Assembly (NCBI GenBank): GCA_036268875.1
Contig: DATATI010000091.1
Coordinates: 13,513 to 77,512 of the forward strand
Length of the DNA: 64,000 nucleotides
Source of the DNA: Polyangia bacterium
GTDB taxonomy: Bacteria; Myxococcota_A; Polyangia; Fen-1088
Direction: 5' to 3'
In this document: positions 1 through 12,081 of the stretch, piece by piece
Layout: every line of letters starts with the position of its first letter
Position numbering within the stretch: the stretch's first letter is position 1
Made by a program: the position numbers and the translations under genes
Notes under the pieces: generated by a model
The model's database searches: none
The model's input: only the letters and a program-made list of their open reading frames with translations
Told to the model about the DNA's origin: nothing

Positions 1-479
1 CGGTCAGCGAACCGATCGCCGTGCCCGCGCCGGAGCGCCGTCCCGGATATCAGCGCCGCCGCGTCCTGGCCGTCGACGACGAGGCGCTGCTGCTGAAGGC
101 CTATCGCCGTATGCTGGGCGACACGCACGACGTGGTCACCACCCTGGGCGCTGAGGAGGCGCTGCGGCTTTTGGAGACCGACGGCGACTTCGCTGTCGTC
201 TTGTGCGATCTGCAGATGCCGGACATGTCGGGGATGGATCTGTTCGCGGTGGTGCGGGCGCGCATGCCCGCCCTGGCCGATCGGTTCATCTTCGTCACCG
301 GCGGCGCATTTTCGGCGGACGCCAAGCGGTTCTTGGAGGAGACCAGCCCGGCGGTGGTGAACAAACCGTTCCGCCTCGACGAGCTTCTGGCCTTGATCGA
401 TCAGCAGGCCGAGCTGGCCCAGGCGCAGTCGGCGAAGGCCAAGATGCGCCAGGCGTCGTCGCGTCCAGCGGCGTCGTAG
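1..479 (+). CDS. Response-regulator receiver (REC) domain protein; probably 5'-partial (frame open to window start), alternatively GTG start at 21
   Basis: VLAVDDE...VVLCDLQMPDMSGMDL...VVNKPF receiver motifs; high GC3; no in-frame stop upstream of 21. Confidence 0.6.
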   Translation, partial: VSEPIAVPAPERRPGYQRRRVLAVDDEALLLKAYRRMLGDTHDVVTTLGAEEALRLLETDGDFAVVLCDLQMPDMSGMDLFAVVRARMPALADRFIFVTGGAFSADAKRFLEETSPAVVNKPFRLDELLALIDQQAELAQAQSAKAKMRQASSRPAAS

Positions 480-526
480 ACCGGCGCGCCAGCGTCGATG
501 CCGCGGCGATCTGCTAGCGTGGACCG

Positions 527-937
527 ATGTCATCGGAGCCGCGGGTTCGAAAGCTGGTGGTGGCGGCGCTGATCCGCGACGGCGGGCGGGTGCTGGTCTC
601 GCGGCGCCGGGCGGATCAGGCGATGCCGCTTTTGTGGGAGTTCCCCGGCGGTAAGGTCGAGCCTGGCGAATCTCCGGAGGTGGCTCTGGTCCGTGAGGTT
701 CGCGAGGAACTGGGCTGCGCCGTGTGCGTCGATCGCATCCACGAGGTGGTCTTTCACCCGTACGCCGAATTCGATCTGCTGATGCTGGTCTATTCGTGCA
801 CGATCACGGGCGGAGTTCCAGCGCCGGTCGAGGTGGCGGAGGTGGCGTGGGTCGAGGCGACGGATTTGCCGACGCTGGATTTGCTGCCAGCGGATTTCCC
901 CCTGGCCCGCGCGCTGGCCGCCGAGCCCCACCGCTGA
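527..937 (+). CDS. NUDIX (MutT-family) hydrolase
   Basis: Nudix box GGKVEPGESPEVALVREVREELG; 136 aa typical size. Confidence 0.85.
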   Translation: MSSEPRVRKLVVAALIRDGGRVLVSRRRADQAMPLLWEFPGGKVEPGESPEVALVREVREELGCAVCVDRIHEVVFHPYAEFDLLMLVYSCTITGGVPAPVEVAEVAWVEATDLPTLDLLPADFPLARALAAEPHR

Positions 938-971
938 GGGACAGCGTTTGGCCGCTCTTCGCCGCGCAGTT

Positions 972-2528
972 TTATGACGGGGAGTCGGCGGCAGGCGCGG
1001 ACGGGCCGTCTTCGGCAGCGGTCTCGTGCACGGGGGTGGCCAACGCGGCGGCGGGCGCTTCGTGATTGGCTTCGTGGCCGGGCAGGGGAGGGTGGCGCAA
1101 GGCCTCGCGTTGGGCCACGCGGGCGGCTTCGGTCGCGTCGCGCTTGCAGGCGCCACACAGACTGGGTTCGGCCCAGTTGCCAAGATGGGTTTGCAGCTGG
1201 CTCTCGGGCGGCCAGTAGATCGGCGTGCCGCAGGTCTTGCACGGGATCTCGCGGGTCTTTCGATCCTTGAGGAACTCGATGCAGGTCTCGCAGCGACGCT
1301 CGGGCGCGCGGACTTCGCGGCGCCGTTTCTTGTCGCGGCGGCGCGAATTGGCCGAGGCGCGCGGCTGGACGGGCAGGGGCGCGGCGCTGGCGATGGCGAT
1401 CTGTCCTTCGGCCGGCGGCGCATCAGGGGCGGCTGGCGCGCCATTGGACACCGGCTCCGCCGGCGCCGTCGTCTCGACCGGCGGCTCTTTTATTTGCGGC
1501 TTGACCCCGGCGGCTAACTGTTGCGCCTTGGTCCAGGTCCACGTCCCGGTGCAGTGGTCGGTCTTGCAAGCCACCAAGCGATCGTCGAGATCGCCCATCT
1601 CTTTTTCGCACTCTTCGCAGTAGTGCGGATAGGGATCGCCGGTCTTGCCGCGCACCGCGCGGGCCAGCTGGGCGCCGCGCTTGTCGCTCCAGGTGCGTTT
1701 GCAGCCGGAGCGGCGGCAGGGACGGTCGACGTCCTTCAGGCGCGAGTAGATGTCCAGGCAGCTCTGGCACATGCGGTGCGGCGCCTTGGGCGTCGGCTTG
1801 CCGGCGATGCAGGCGTCCAGCTGATCACCGCGCGCCCAGGACCAGGTCTTCTTGCAGCCCGATGTCCGGCAGCGCACGTCGCGATCGGCGATCCCGCCGA
1901 AGACGGTCTTGCACTCGTCGCACATGCGGCGCGGCGGTTCGTTGGGTTTGCCGGCGGCGTAATCCTGAATCTGTTCCTGCGCCGTCCACAGCCATTTGTG
2001 CTTGCAGCCGTTGATGCCGCAGCTGACCTGGCGGTCTTTCAGCTTCTTGAAGACGCCGTCGCAGGGGCCGCACATGGACGCAGGCGGTGTTGGTTCGACG
2101 TCGGGCGCGCCGGCGATGAGCTGCGCTCGCTTGCTGAACAGCGAGGTGCGGGTGCAGCCCTCGACAGAGCAGGGAATCGATTTGTCTTCCAGGGCGCCCA
2201 GTTTTTCCTCGCACGACGCGCACAGCATCGTCGGCGCCGGCCGCTTGGTGGCAAACGCTTCCAGCTGCGCGGGCACGGACCAGGTCCACGTGTGCTCGCA
2301 GCCGGCGCGATCACACTTGCGCTCCAGCGGCGAAAGCTTGGGCAGTTTGTCGCGGCACGAATCGCACATCGCCGACGTCGGGTCCGATGGATCGGGTGCG
2401 TTCCGTCCACCCAGCTTCAGTCCCTTTCCAGACGCAAGCGAGATCCAGGTGCGCGTGCACCCGGACACGGAACACGGAAAGGACTTTGCTCCCAATCGAT
2501 CGGCGAGCGTGAAACCGGCTGAACCCAT
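972..2528 (-). CDS. Tandem zinc-ribbon repeat protein (7 full + 1 terminal repeats of C-x3-GC-x2-[TK]W-x-W ... C-x2-C, ~47 aa each), Pro/Ala linker and basic stretch
   Basis: Longest ORF runs to 2630 but first 34 codons have low GC3 (~62 %); ATG at 2528 (MGSAGF...) preferred; highly regular Cys spacing seen directly in translation. Confidence 0.6.
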   Translation of the reverse strand: MGSAGFTLADRLGAKSFPCSVSGCTRTWISLASGKGLKLGGRNAPDPSDPTSAMCDSCRDKLPKLSPLERKCDRAGCEHTWTWSVPAQLEAFATKRPAPTMLCASCEEKLGALEDKSIPCSVEGCTRTSLFSKRAQLIAGAPDVEPTPPASMCGPCDGVFKKLKDRQVSCGINGCKHKWLWTAQEQIQDYAAGKPNEPPRRMCDECKTVFGGIADRDVRCRTSGCKKTWSWARGDQLDACIAGKPTPKAPHRMCQSCLDIYSRLKDVDRPCRRSGCKRTWSDKRGAQLARAVRGKTGDPYPHYCEECEKEMGDLDDRLVACKTDHCTGTWTWTKAQQLAAGVKPQIKEPPVETTAPAEPVSNGAPAAPDAPPAEGQIAIASAAPLPVQPRASANSRRRDKKRRREVRAPERRCETCIEFLKDRKTREIPCKTCGTPIYWPPESQLQTHLGNWAEPSLCGACKRDATEAARVAQREALRHPPLPGHEANHEAPAAALATPVHETAAEDGPSAPAADSPS

Positions 2529-2644
2529 GTGAGGAAGGCCCCTATGCTGAACGACAGACCCCCGCCTGGGCAAGGGCAAAGACGAGATAGTCCTCCCATC
2601 TTGCTTGGGAGCGGGGGCAGCGGTAGACATCGGGGCGCCTAACC

Positions 2645-4048
2645 ATGCAAATCACCATCGAAGACATTTCCCCGGTTGAAAAGCGTGTCGAGTTCGAGCT
2701 GCCGTGGACCGACGTGGCTCCCAAGCTGGATAAAGCATACAACGAGTTACGACGCGACGTGCGCCTGCCTGGCTTTCGCCCCGGCAAGGTGCCGCGCAAC
2801 CTGATCGAAAAGATGTACAAGCGCCAGGTCGAGGACGAAGTCGCCCGCGACCTGATTGAACACTCCATCGGCCAGGCCATCACCGAAAAGCAGATCCAGC
2901 CGGTGGCGCCGCCCACCGTCGACAAATTGCAGCTGCAATCGGGGTCGCCGTTCAAATTTTCGGCGCGCGTCGAGGTCCGGTCGCAGGTGGTGCCGACGGA
3001 CTATCTGGGCCTGCCGCTCACCCGCCGCGCACCCAAGGTCACCGACGAAGAGATCACCGAAGCGCTGGAGAGCTACCGCCGCCGCCTGACCGAGTACAAG
3101 CCCGTCGAGGGCCGCACCGAGACCCGCGACACCGACGTGGTGATGGTCGAACTGCACGGCCGGGTCGGCGAACACAAGGTGAAAAACCGCACCATCACCA
3201 TCGACCTTGGGGACGAGACCGGCGGCGGGTTGCCGGGGCTTTCGCAGCGCCTGCGCGGCGTGGCCACCAACGCCGACCACCTGGACGTCAAGTACACCAT
3301 CGCCGACGACGTCCCGCAAAAAGAGCTGGCCGGCAAGGCGGTGTCGTTGCACGTCACCATCAAGGAGACACGCGAAAAGAAGCAGCCGGCGCTGGATGAC
3401 GATCTGGCCAAGGACACCGGGGAGGCCGAGACCCTGTCCGGCCTCAAAGACAAGATCCGCGAGCGCCTGGTCGAGACCGACAAGCAGCGCATCCGCCGCG
3501 AGCTGACCGGCGCCATCGTCAAGGAGCTGATCAAGCGCAACGATTTTCCGGTGGCGCCGGCGCTGATCGACCGCCACGCCCAGGCCATCGTCAACCGCGC
3601 CAAGCAGCAGCTGGCCATGGCGGGGATCGACATGGAAGCGGCCGGCGCCAACCTCGACGACGAGAAGATGCGCGAGCAGTTTCGGGGCGAGGCCGAGGAA
3701 GAAGCGCGTGGCACCATCCTGATCCAGGCCATCGCCGAGCGCGAGGCGATCCTGGTCGGCGACGCCGACATTCAAAAGAGCATCGCCGAGATCGCCGCCG
3801 CCCGGCAGGAGAGCCCGAAGAAACTTCGCGCCGAGTTCGAGCGCGACCACCGCATCCACCAGGTGCGCAGTCAGATCCTGGAGCAGAAGACCCTTGATAT
3901 GCTGATCGCTCAGGCTAAGATCACCGACGAGACTCCACAGGATCCGGACAGCTTGATCGTCAGCCCCACTTCCGAGCGGTTGATCGTGACGCCGGAAGAG
4001 GCGCGGGCCGAGGCCGGAGCCACCGCCAAGAAACGGAAAACACCATGA
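2645..4048 (+). CDS. tig: Trigger factor
   Basis: [22 protein letters not shown]-terminus, 467 aa, FKBP-like middle; precedes clpP with ATGA overlap. Confidence 0.95.
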   Translation: MQITIEDISPVEKRVEFELPWTDVAPKLDKAYNELRRDVRLPGFRPGKVPRNLIEKMYKRQVEDEVARDLIEHSIGQAITEKQIQPVAPPTVDKLQLQSGSPFKFSARVEVRSQVVPTDYLGLPLTRRAPKVTDEEITEALESYRRRLTEYKPVEGRTETRDTDVVMVELHGRVGEHKVKNRTITIDLGDETGGGLPGLSQRLRGVATNADHLDVKYTIADDVPQKELAGKAVSLHVTIKETREKKQPALDDDLAKDTGEAETLSGLKDKIRERLVETDKQRIRRELTGAIVKELIKRNDFPVAPALIDRHAQAIVNRAKQQLAMAGIDMEAAGANLDDEKMREQFRGEAEEEARGTILIQAIAEREAILVGDADIQKSIAEIAAARQESPKKLRAEFERDHRIHQVRSQILEQKTLDMLIAQAKITDETPQDPDSLIVSPTSERLIVTPEEARAEAGATAKKRKTP

Positions 4049-4716
4049 GTGACCGCGACCGCTTCCGCCTCTCTGCCCAGCCGATGATCGACAGCCCGCC
4101 GCCCGCCGTTGGCAACTTCATCATCCCGACCGTCATCGAGCAGACCCACCGGGGCGAGCGTGGCTGGGACATCTTCTCGCGCCTGCTCAAGGACCGGATC
4201 ATCTTCCTCGGCACGGCGGTCGATGATCAGGTGGCGAACATCGTCATCGCCCAGCTTTTGTTTCTGGAGAGTGAAGATCCCGACAAGGATGTGATGCTCT
4301 ACATCAACTCGCCGGGCGGCATGGTCACGGCGGGCATGGCCATCTACGACACCATGCAATATGTGCGGCCCGACGTGGCGACGTTCTGCATGGGCCAGGC
4401 GGCGTCGATGGGCGCCTTCCTGCTGGCGGCCGGCGCCAAGGGCAAGCGCTTCTCGCTGCCGCACGCCCGCATCCTGATCCACCAGCCGCTGGGCGGCTTC
4501 TCGGGTCAGGCGACCGACATCGACATCCACGCCAAGGAAATCTTGCGCACCCGCGACAAGCTGAACGAACTTCTGGTCAAGCACACCGGCCAGTCGATTG
4601 ACCGCATCAAATCAGACACCGAGCGCGATTACTTCATGAGCGCGATGGAGTCGAAAGAGTACGGAATCATCGACGAGGTGCTGGTGCAAAAGCCCTCGAC
4701 GCCGCCGGGCAAGTAA
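4045..4716 (+). CDS. clpP: ATP-dependent Clp protease proteolytic subunit
   Basis: [45 protein letters not shown]; Ser-His-Asp context. Confidence 0.95.
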   Translation: MSDRDRFRLSAQPMIDSPPPAVGNFIIPTVIEQTHRGERGWDIFSRLLKDRIIFLGTAVDDQVANIVIAQLLFLESEDPDKDVMLYINSPGGMVTAGMAIYDTMQYVRPDVATFCMGQAASMGAFLLAAGAKGKRFSLPHARILIHQPLGGFSGQATDIDIHAKEILRTRDKLNELLVKHTGQSIDRIKSDTERDYFMSAMESKEYGIIDEVLVQKPSTPPGK

Positions 4717-4814
4717 AGCAGTGAACGGGCAGCCAAAGGGGTCGCCGTCGCGTCAGGATCGTGACAAATGTTCGTCCCTGACGTGACGCCTCCTCCTGTG
4801 CTACCTTTTTCCTA

Positions 4815-6092
<1,278 letters not shown>

Positions 6093-6148
6093 GCAATTTC
6101 CCGTGGGAGCGCAGGCAGCTTTGCCGACGAAGCTCCATCGCGGGAGGT

Positions 6149-6171
6149 CTGGAACCCTTCGAGGGTTCCAG
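6149..6171 (+). terminator. Perfect 9-bp stem / 5-nt loop hairpin (ctggaaccc ttcga gggttccag) downstream of clpX; no U-tract
   Basis: Read directly from sequence; position 57 nt after clpX stop. Confidence 0.3.
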
Positions 6172-6194
6172 ATGAAATGACGGGAGGTCAGCCG

Positions 6195-6521
6195 ATGCGT
6201 CGATGGTTTATGTGGATACCGGTGCTGATGGTGGCGTCGCTACTCTTTTGGACCCTGGCCTTGGCCCTGGGCGGAATGTCGCTGATGGCGGCGAACAAGA
6301 TCTCCCTTTTTGACGCCCACTGCCGGTTCGCCTCGCCAGAGGTGTCGGCGGACATCGACGTCGATGGCGCCGGTTCGCACAGCGGCTACGACCCCATCGT
6401 GGTCCACATCGAGGAATCGGGCGACCCGGACGACGTCGACGACCAGGCCACGACGGCCGCAGCCGACGACCCGGATTCGGCCGCGCAGACGTCCTCGCAG
6501 CCGGGCCAGACCGCGTTTTGA
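6195..6521 (+). CDS. Small membrane protein (one N-terminal TM helix, acidic C-terminal tail)
   Basis: ATG at 6195 preceded by GGGAGG (6182-6187); hydrophobic [24 protein letters not shown]; high GC3. Confidence 0.45.
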   Translation: MRRWFMWIPVLMVASLLFWTLALALGGMSLMAANKISLFDAHCRFASPEVSADIDVDGAGSHSGYDPIVVHIEESGDPDDVDDQATTAAADDPDSAAQTSSQPGQTAF

Positions 6522-6677
6522 ATCGCCTCTGACTCCCGTTCAATAGCGTTGACCCGGCCCCGGCGCCGAAGGAAAATGAAGGGGACGCGCCGATAGGGAA
6601 ATTGGCTGGCGCGCGCCAGGCTTGCTACGATTTTCGTGCCTGCCTGGCCGCGCCGCTCTGCTCCCGAGGAGTCCTCA

Positions 6678-9311
6678 ATGTCCGACCGCCCTGACGACCG
6701 ACGCAACCCGCGCCGGATGCCGCTTCTGCCCCTGCGTGACATCGTGGTTTTTCCCCACATGGTGGTGCCGCTGTTCGTGGGCCGGGAAAAATCAATCAGC
6801 GCCCTGGAAGAGGCCACCGGCAAAGGTGGTTATAAAGAGATCTTCCTCAGCGCCCAGCGCAAAGCCAAGACCAACGAGCCGGTGCCGGACGACATCTTCA
6901 CCATCGGCACCGTCGGCACGATCATCCAACTTTTGCGCCTGCCCGACGGCACGGTGAAAGTTCTGGTCGAAGGCAAGCGGCGCGCGTCGATCAAGCGGTT
7001 CACCCAGACCGAAGGTTTCTTTACCGTCGAGATCGAGGAGATGCCCGACGTGGCCGAGAAATCGGTCGAGCTGGACGCATTGATCCGCGAGGTGCACGCC
7101 ACCTTCGAATCGTACGTAAAGCTGAACAAGCGCATCGCTCCGGAGATCTTGATCTCGGTGCAGACCATCGAAGATCCCGGGCAGCTGGCCGACACTATGG
7201 TCGGGCAGCTGCAGCTGAAGCTCGGCGACAAGCAATCCATCCTGGAGATGGACACGCCGTCAAAGCGCCTGTCTCGGCTTTACGAGCTGATGAAGGCGGA
7301 GATCGAGATCTTGCAGGTTGAGCGGAAGATCCGGACCCGCGTCAAAAAGCAGATGGAGAAGACGCAGAAAGAGTACTACCTCAACGAACAGATGCAGGCG
7401 ATCCAGAAGGAGCTCGGAGATCGCGACGAGTTCAAGAACGAGCTGACCGAGCTGGAAGACCGAGCCAAGCAGAAGAACCTGTCGAAAGAAGCGCAAGCCA
7501 AGGTCAAAAAAGAGCTGAAAAAGCTGCGCATGATGGCCCCGCTGTCGGCCGAGGCGGCGGTGGTGCGCAACTACGTCGACTGGGTGCTGGGCCTGCCCTG
7601 GGGTGAAAAGAGCGAGGAGAAACTGGACGTCGTCGAGGCGGAACGGATCCTGGACCAAGACCACTACGGCTTGAAGAAGGTCAAGGAGCGCATCCTTGAG
7701 TACCTGGCCGTGCAAGCATTGGTGAAGAAGCTCAAAGGACCGATCCTGTGCTTGGTCGGCCCGCCCGGCGTGGGCAAGACCTCGCTGGCGCGATCGATTG
7801 CCCATTCGACCGGACGCAACTTCGTGCGGCTTTCTTTGGGCGGCGTGCGCGACGAGGCGGAGATCCGCGGCCACCGCCGCACATACATCGGCGCGTTGCC
7901 GGGCAAGATCATCCAGTCGTTGAAGAAGGCCGGCACGCAGAACCCGGTCTTTCTGCTGGACGAGGTGGACAAGATGTCCACCGACTTTCGCGGCGACCCG
8001 TCGGCGGCGCTGCTGGAGGTGCTGGACCCCGAACAAAACGCCACCTTCAACGACCACTATCTGGATCTCGACTACGACCTTTCCGACGTGATGTTCATAA
8101 CCACGGCGAATTACCTGCAGGGCATCCCCATCCCGCTGCAGGACCGCATGGAGATCATCCAGCTGCCCGGCTACACCGAGTTCGAAAAGGTCTCCATCGC
8201 CGAGAAATATCTGATCCCGAAGCAAAAACGCGACAACGGGATCGACGCCGTGACGGTGGATTTTCTCGAGGACACCGTTCGCGACGTCATCCACTACTAC
8301 ACGAAAGAAGCGGGCGTGCGGAGCCTGGAGCGAGAGATCGCGACAGTGTGTCGCAAGATCGCCCGCGACGTGGTGGCGAAGAAAGTGGTGCCCGGTGCTG
8401 CCGCCGCCGCCCCGGGGGCCAGTGCCGGCAGCGTCGACGTGAAGATCAGCCCCAAGCGCCTGCCCCGTTACCTGGGCCCGCACCGATACCGGTACGGAAA
8501 ACAGGAAGGTGAGGACGAGATCGGGCTCGTCAATGGGCTGGCCGTCACCATGTACGGCGGCGATCTGCTGGCCACGGAGGTTTCGATCGTCGCCGGCAAG
8601 GGCAAGCTGGTCTTGACAGGCAAGCTGGGCGACGTGATGCAGGAGTCAGCGCAGGCGGCGCTGAGCTATGTGCGTTCGCGCGGCCCGTCGCTGGGGCTCG
8701 ATCGCGACTTTTACAACCGCGCTGACATCCACGTGCACCTGCCGGAAGGCGCCATTCCCAAGGACGGACCGTCGGCGGGGATCACCATGTGCACCGGCGT
8801 GGTGTCGGCCCTCTTGCGCGTGCCGGTCAGACGCAACGTGGCCATGACCGGCGAGATCACCCTGCGCGGGCGGGTGCTGGCCATCGGCGGTCTGAAAGAA
8901 AAGATCTTGGCCGCGCATCGATCGGGGATCACCACGGTGATCATGCCGAAGGAGAACGCCAAGGACTTGCGCGACATCCCCAAGCGCGTCCTGAAGGCGC
9001 TGCGCCTGGTGCCGGTCGAGCACATGGACGAGGTGCTGCGCGTGGCGCTGGTGTTGCCGAACCCGAGCGAGTTCCTGAAGGAGCGTTCGGTGGCCGTCGA
9101 CTGGCGGCAGCCGATCGAACGACGCGAACGAGAGCGCGAGCGGCGCGACGAATCGGCCAAGTTCCCGGTGGCCAGCGCGGTTCCGCCACCCGGCGTCAGC
9201 GACGAGCGGCCGGCCACGGAAGATGGCGAAAAGCCGGACGACAGCGATCGCCCGCGGCCGACTGATCCAGCGGGTTATCCGTTCCCGCAGCCGGCCATCC
9301 GCGAAGAGTAG
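6678..9311 (+). CDS. lon: ATP-dependent protease Lon (LonA) with ~90-aa low-complexity RE-rich C-terminal tail
   Basis: [24 protein letters not shown]-domain, Walker [10 protein letters not shown], catalytic PKDGPSAG; GAGGA SD 7 nt before ATG 6678 (longer ORF from 6636 rejected). Confidence 0.95.
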   Translation: MSDRPDDRRNPRRMPLLPLRDIVVFPHMVVPLFVGREKSISALEEATGKGGYKEIFLSAQRKAKTNEPVPDDIFTIGTVGTIIQLLRLPDGTVKVLVEGKRRASIKRFTQTEGFFTVEIEEMPDVAEKSVELDALIREVHATFESYVKLNKRIAPEILISVQTIEDPGQLADTMVGQLQLKLGDKQSILEMDTPSKRLSRLYELMKAEIEILQVERKIRTRVKKQMEKTQKEYYLNEQMQAIQKELGDRDEFKNELTELEDRAKQKNLSKEAQAKVKKELKKLRMMAPLSAEAAVVRNYVDWVLGLPWGEKSEEKLDVVEAERILDQDHYGLKKVKERILEYLAVQALVKKLKGPILCLVGPPGVGKTSLARSIAHSTGRNFVRLSLGGVRDEAEIRGHRRTYIGALPGKIIQSLKKAGTQNPVFLLDEVDKMSTDFRGDPSAALLEVLDPEQNATFNDHYLDLDYDLSDVMFITTANYLQGIPIPLQDRMEIIQLPGYTEFEKVSIAEKYLIPKQKRDNGIDAVTVDFLEDTVRDVIHYYTKEAGVRSLEREIATVCRKIARDVVAKKVVPGAAAAAPGASAGSVDVKISPKRLPRYLGPHRYRYGKQEGEDEIGLVNGLAVTMYGGDLLATEVSIVAGKGKLVLTGKLGDVMQESAQAALSYVRSRGPSLGLDRDFYNRADIHVHLPEGAIPKDGPSAGITMCTGVVSALLRVPVRRNVAMTGEITLRGRVLAIGGLKEKILAAHRSGITTVIMPKENAKDLRDIPKRVLKALRLVPVEHMDEVLRVALVLPNPSEFLKERSVAVDWRQPIERRERERERRDESAKFPVASAVPPPGVSDERPATEDGEKPDDSDRPRPTDPAGYPFPQPAIREE

Positions 9312-9328
9312 GGCGGACCCGGGCGCCG

Positions 9329-9865
9329 TCAATCGCCGGGCGGCTTCGTTGCGGCCGCGGCCGGCGGCGTGAGCATCGCGCGCAGCCAGCGGCCGAGGCG
9401 CGCCTGATAGCCGGGGCCCCACCCGCGGTTGATGTGGCGGACGATCCCGCCGGCGTCGATCAGGAACGTGGTGGGGAAGCGTTCTTGTCCCCAGCGCTGG
9501 GCGTTGGCGCCCGTACGGTCGAGGACCACCCGCGCGCCTTTCGGCAGATTGGCGCTGGCGAGAAAATGTCGGACCACTGCTGAGTCCTCACTGACGTCGA
9601 CGAACAACAGGGTCACGGCCTCGCCGAAGGTCGCGCTCAGCGCCGTCAGATCGTGGTGTGCGCGCTGGCAAGGCCCGCACCAGGTGGTGAAGAAATCGAC
9701 CACCGTGAGCCTGCCGGCGAATACCGGCGCGGGTGTCGCTCGCCCGTCGGGGTCGTCGACCGCCAGCGCCGGCGCCGGGTCGCCGAGCACCGGCGGCGGC
9801 GACGCCAACCCTTGCGCCAGCAGCGCCAGCAACGGAACCGCCGCGGCGGGTACACCAACCAGCAT
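9329..9865 (-). CDS. Secreted TlpA/ResA-like thiol-disulfide oxidoreductase (thioredoxin fold)
   Basis: WCGPC active site, N-terminal signal peptide. Confidence 0.75.
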   Translation of the reverse strand: MLVGVPAAAVPLLALLAQGLASPPPVLGDPAPALAVDDPDGRATPAPVFAGRLTVVDFFTTWCGPCQRAHHDLTALSATFGEAVTLLFVDVSEDSAVVRHFLASANLPKGARVVLDRTGANAQRWGQERFPTTFLIDAGGIVRHINRGWGPGYQARLGRWLRAMLTPPAAAATKPPGD

Positions 9866-9868
9866 GGT

Positions 9869-10642
9869 TCAGCGACGGTACAAGTAGCGTTGGTTGCGCA
9901 GCGCGGTCCGTTCAATCATCAGTTCGGGTTTGGTGAACAGCCGCACCAGCAGAAAGCCGGTCAGAAAACCACCGATGTGCGCGAAGACGGCTACGCCTGC
10001 CGAGATGTTCGGCCGCACCGACGAAAGCTCCGGCAGCCCGGTCACCACTTGCAACCCGAACCACCAGAGCAGCATCGCCCACGCCGGCACCTTGATCACC
10101 CGAATGAAGATGATGAAGATAAAAAGGACGTTCACCTTCACGCGCGGGTACAGCATCAGATAGGCGCCCAGCACGCCGGCGATGGCGCCCGACGCCCCCA
10201 CGATCGGCACCGGCGACGCCGGGCTCACCATCACTTGCGCCGCCGCCGCGCCGAGACCACACAAAAGGTAGAAGAAGGCAAAGCGCAGGCGGCCCATGCT
10301 GTCCTCGACGTTGTTGCCGAAGACCCAGAGGAAGAGGCCGTTGCCCAGGATGTGTCCCCAGCCGGCGTGCAGGAACATCGACGTCAACGGCGTCAGGTAG
10401 TTGATCGGATCGCGATCGACGATGCAGGCCATCCCGTTGCCCAGGGGAACGGCCGTGCCCAGCGCGGCGCGCCCGGTGATTTCGCCCGGCACCAGGCCCA
10501 GGTTGCAGACCATCATCGAGACTCGGTTGGGGTCCAGGCCGGCGCCTTCGCCGAAAACCCAGGCCGCACCCATCAGCAGCAGGATCGCAATGGTCACCAC
10601 CGGCGTGCGCAGGGTCGGGTTATCGTCGCTGATGGGGATCAT
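9869..10642 (-). CDS. Rhomboid-family intramembrane serine protease
   Basis: GASGAIAG (GxSG) and HxxxN motifs, 6 TM; start moved to ATG 10642 (MIPISDD, AAGGA SD) because the longer ORF to 10858 runs across the tRNA-Ser gene. Confidence 0.8.
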   Translation of the reverse strand: MIPISDDNPTLRTPVVTIAILLLMGAAWVFGEGAGLDPNRVSMMVCNLGLVPGEITGRAALGTAVPLGNGMACIVDRDPINYLTPLTSMFLHAGWGHILGNGLFLWVFGNNVEDSMGRLRFAFFYLLCGLGAAAAQVMVSPASPVPIVGASGAIAGVLGAYLMLYPRVKVNVLFIFIIFIRVIKVPAWAMLLWWFGLQVVTGLPELSSVRPNISAGVAVFAHIGGFLTGFLLVRLFTKPELMIERTALRNQRYLYRR

Positions 10643-10703
10643 CGGGCGTCCTTGGTCCTTGGGTCCTGGCGGTCTCTGACGTAGATTACCGCACGCCGCA
10701 TTC

Positions 10704-10786
10704 GGAGGAGTGGCCGAGTGGTCGAAGGCGACGGTCTTGAAAACCGTAGCGCGAAAGCGCCTAGGGTTCGAATCCCTACTCCTCCT
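10704..10786 (+). tRNA. tRNA-Ser (anticodon TGA), long variable arm, CCA not encoded
   Basis: GGAGGAG acceptor/CTCCTCC, anticodon loop CTTGAAA, TTCGAATCC T-loop. Confidence 0.8.
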
Positions 10787-10928
10787 CAAAAATGATATCG
10801 CTCGGGAATTCGGGGATGCGGATCGGGTGCGTGTGCCGTGTGCAGCCGGTCTCTCCAACGCCGCCCTGAATGCCCGTCTTCAGGTACCTCGGTTGACTCC
10901 GGGACGGCTTCCCCGGAAGGTACCGTCC

Positions 10929-11504
10929 GTGCCCATCGTGTTCTCGTCGCGAGTGCGGAGGACGGCGATAATCGTCGCTCTGGTGCTGGTGTCGGGGTGG
11001 AGTGAACTGGCGCACGCGCAGCGGGTGTGGGACACCGACCTCGGGGCCTATCTTTCGTATGACTTCGGCGGGCGGCGACCGGGCCACTTCGGTTTCGGGA
11101 TCGAGGTGCGCGAGATGTACTCGTATCATCGATTCAACTGCGGGACGCACGCCTATTGGTATGGGGGCGTTGCCACGCGCCTGGCGATGCTGGGATGGGA
11201 CCAGTTCCGGGTGCTCGTCGCACCGCAGTTTGGGCTGACCGGTTCCCTTCCGTATCCTTACCCTCCTGCGACCGCTTCCGCCGGCGGCGAACTAGGCCTT
11301 GGATACCGCTTCATGCGTGATCCCGGCCGGTTTCTGCAGCCGGGGATCGAGGTGAACTTCGCGAACGTGCCATTTCTCAGGGTCGACCACTCGTTCGGTC
11401 GCGAAAGCGGGACGCAAAGCTTCATTCATTCCGGGTCGATGGATCTTGGCGCGCGTCTGGCGCCCACGGGCACCCATGGGCTTTCGGGAAGCAGCTGCGA
11501 TTGA
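10929..11504 (+). CDS. Secreted Tyr/Gly-rich hypothetical protein (GTG start, signal peptide ending AHA)
   Basis: GGAAGG SD 8 nt upstream of GTG 10929; upstream part of the track ORF is translated tRNA. Confidence 0.4.
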   Translation: MPIVFSSRVRRTAIIVALVLVSGWSELAHAQRVWDTDLGAYLSYDFGGRRPGHFGFGIEVREMYSYHRFNCGTHAYWYGGVATRLAMLGWDQFRVLVAPQFGLTGSLPYPYPPATASAGGELGLGYRFMRDPGRFLQPGIEVNFANVPFLRVDHSFGRESGTQSFIHSGSMDLGARLAPTGTHGLSGSSCD

Positions 11505-11882
11505 GCCCGTCCACCCAATTCTTCGTCGTTCTCCGCGCGCTTCCAAGGCCACGCTCGATCGCATCGGGTCCTGCTCGAACTGCGCAGCGGATCTCTCCGC
11601 TCCCCCGGCGGTCATCGAGTGGGACGACCTCACCGCGACCGCGACCGAGCCGATCGAGGGCGCGGACGTGCCCCTGTAGATCCGCGCCTCCGTGAGCCTT
11701 CTGCGAGGACTGCTGAGGCCGGGCGAAGCCGGGTGACAAGGATCTGCCGCCTGGATAGTTGAGGCAGATACCACGAACATCCTGCGTACCGCGAGGTAGC
11801 GAATGATCGGAAAGGGATCTTGGATGAATCCTTTGCTTGTCTTCTGTCGACGGAACCGTGGTAAAAACCGCACGCAACACCT

Positions 11883-11973
11883 GGAGAGGTGGCCGAGAGG
11901 CCGAAGGCGGCGGTTTGCTAAACCGTTATACGGACCAAAATCTGTATCGAGGGTTCGAATCCCTCCCTCTCCG
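11883..11973 (+). tRNA. tRNA-Ser (anticodon GCT)
   Basis: GGAGAGGTGGCCGAGAGG...anticodon loop TTGCTAA...GGTTCGAATCCC...CCTCTCC-G. Confidence 0.8.
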
Positions 11974-12081
11974 CTGCTCATTCCTTTGGCCTGCGATCGT
12001 AAAGAGGTTTTGGCCGCCTGCGGTCACTCGTTTCTCTTGACGGCTTGGCACCGTCACGGCATACGTGTGGGCCACGTTTTT

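Noticed and set aside
530-1444. 304-aa minus-strand ORF overlapping NUDIX gene and Zn-ribbon gene
   Set aside because: Pro/Arg/Ala-rich antisense shadow typical of high-GC DNA. It overlaps two motif-supported genes.
1521-2522. 333-aa plus-strand ORF inside Zn-ribbon protein gene
   Set aside because: Antisense shadow. Ala/Arg/Gly-rich with no motifs.
2593-2611. 6-bp-stem hairpin (ctccca...tgggag) between Zn-ribbon gene and tig
   Set aside because: Short stem. It could be chance in GC-rich DNA. Noted only.
2747-3859. 370-aa and 232-aa minus ORFs inside tig
   Set aside because: Antisense to trigger factor.
4751-4783. Imperfect inverted repeat (cgtcagg-N19-cctgacg) upstream of clpX
   Set aside because: It does not match CIRCE or other known heat-shock operators. 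It is weak evidence.
7260-8483. 407-aa minus ORF and 254-aa plus ORF inside lon
   Set aside because: Shadow ORFs; lon is unambiguous.
10787-12081. Possible genomic island at tRNA cluster
   Set aside because: No integrase, no direct repeat of a tRNA 3' end, and GC content unchanged. The single embedded gene is not enough.
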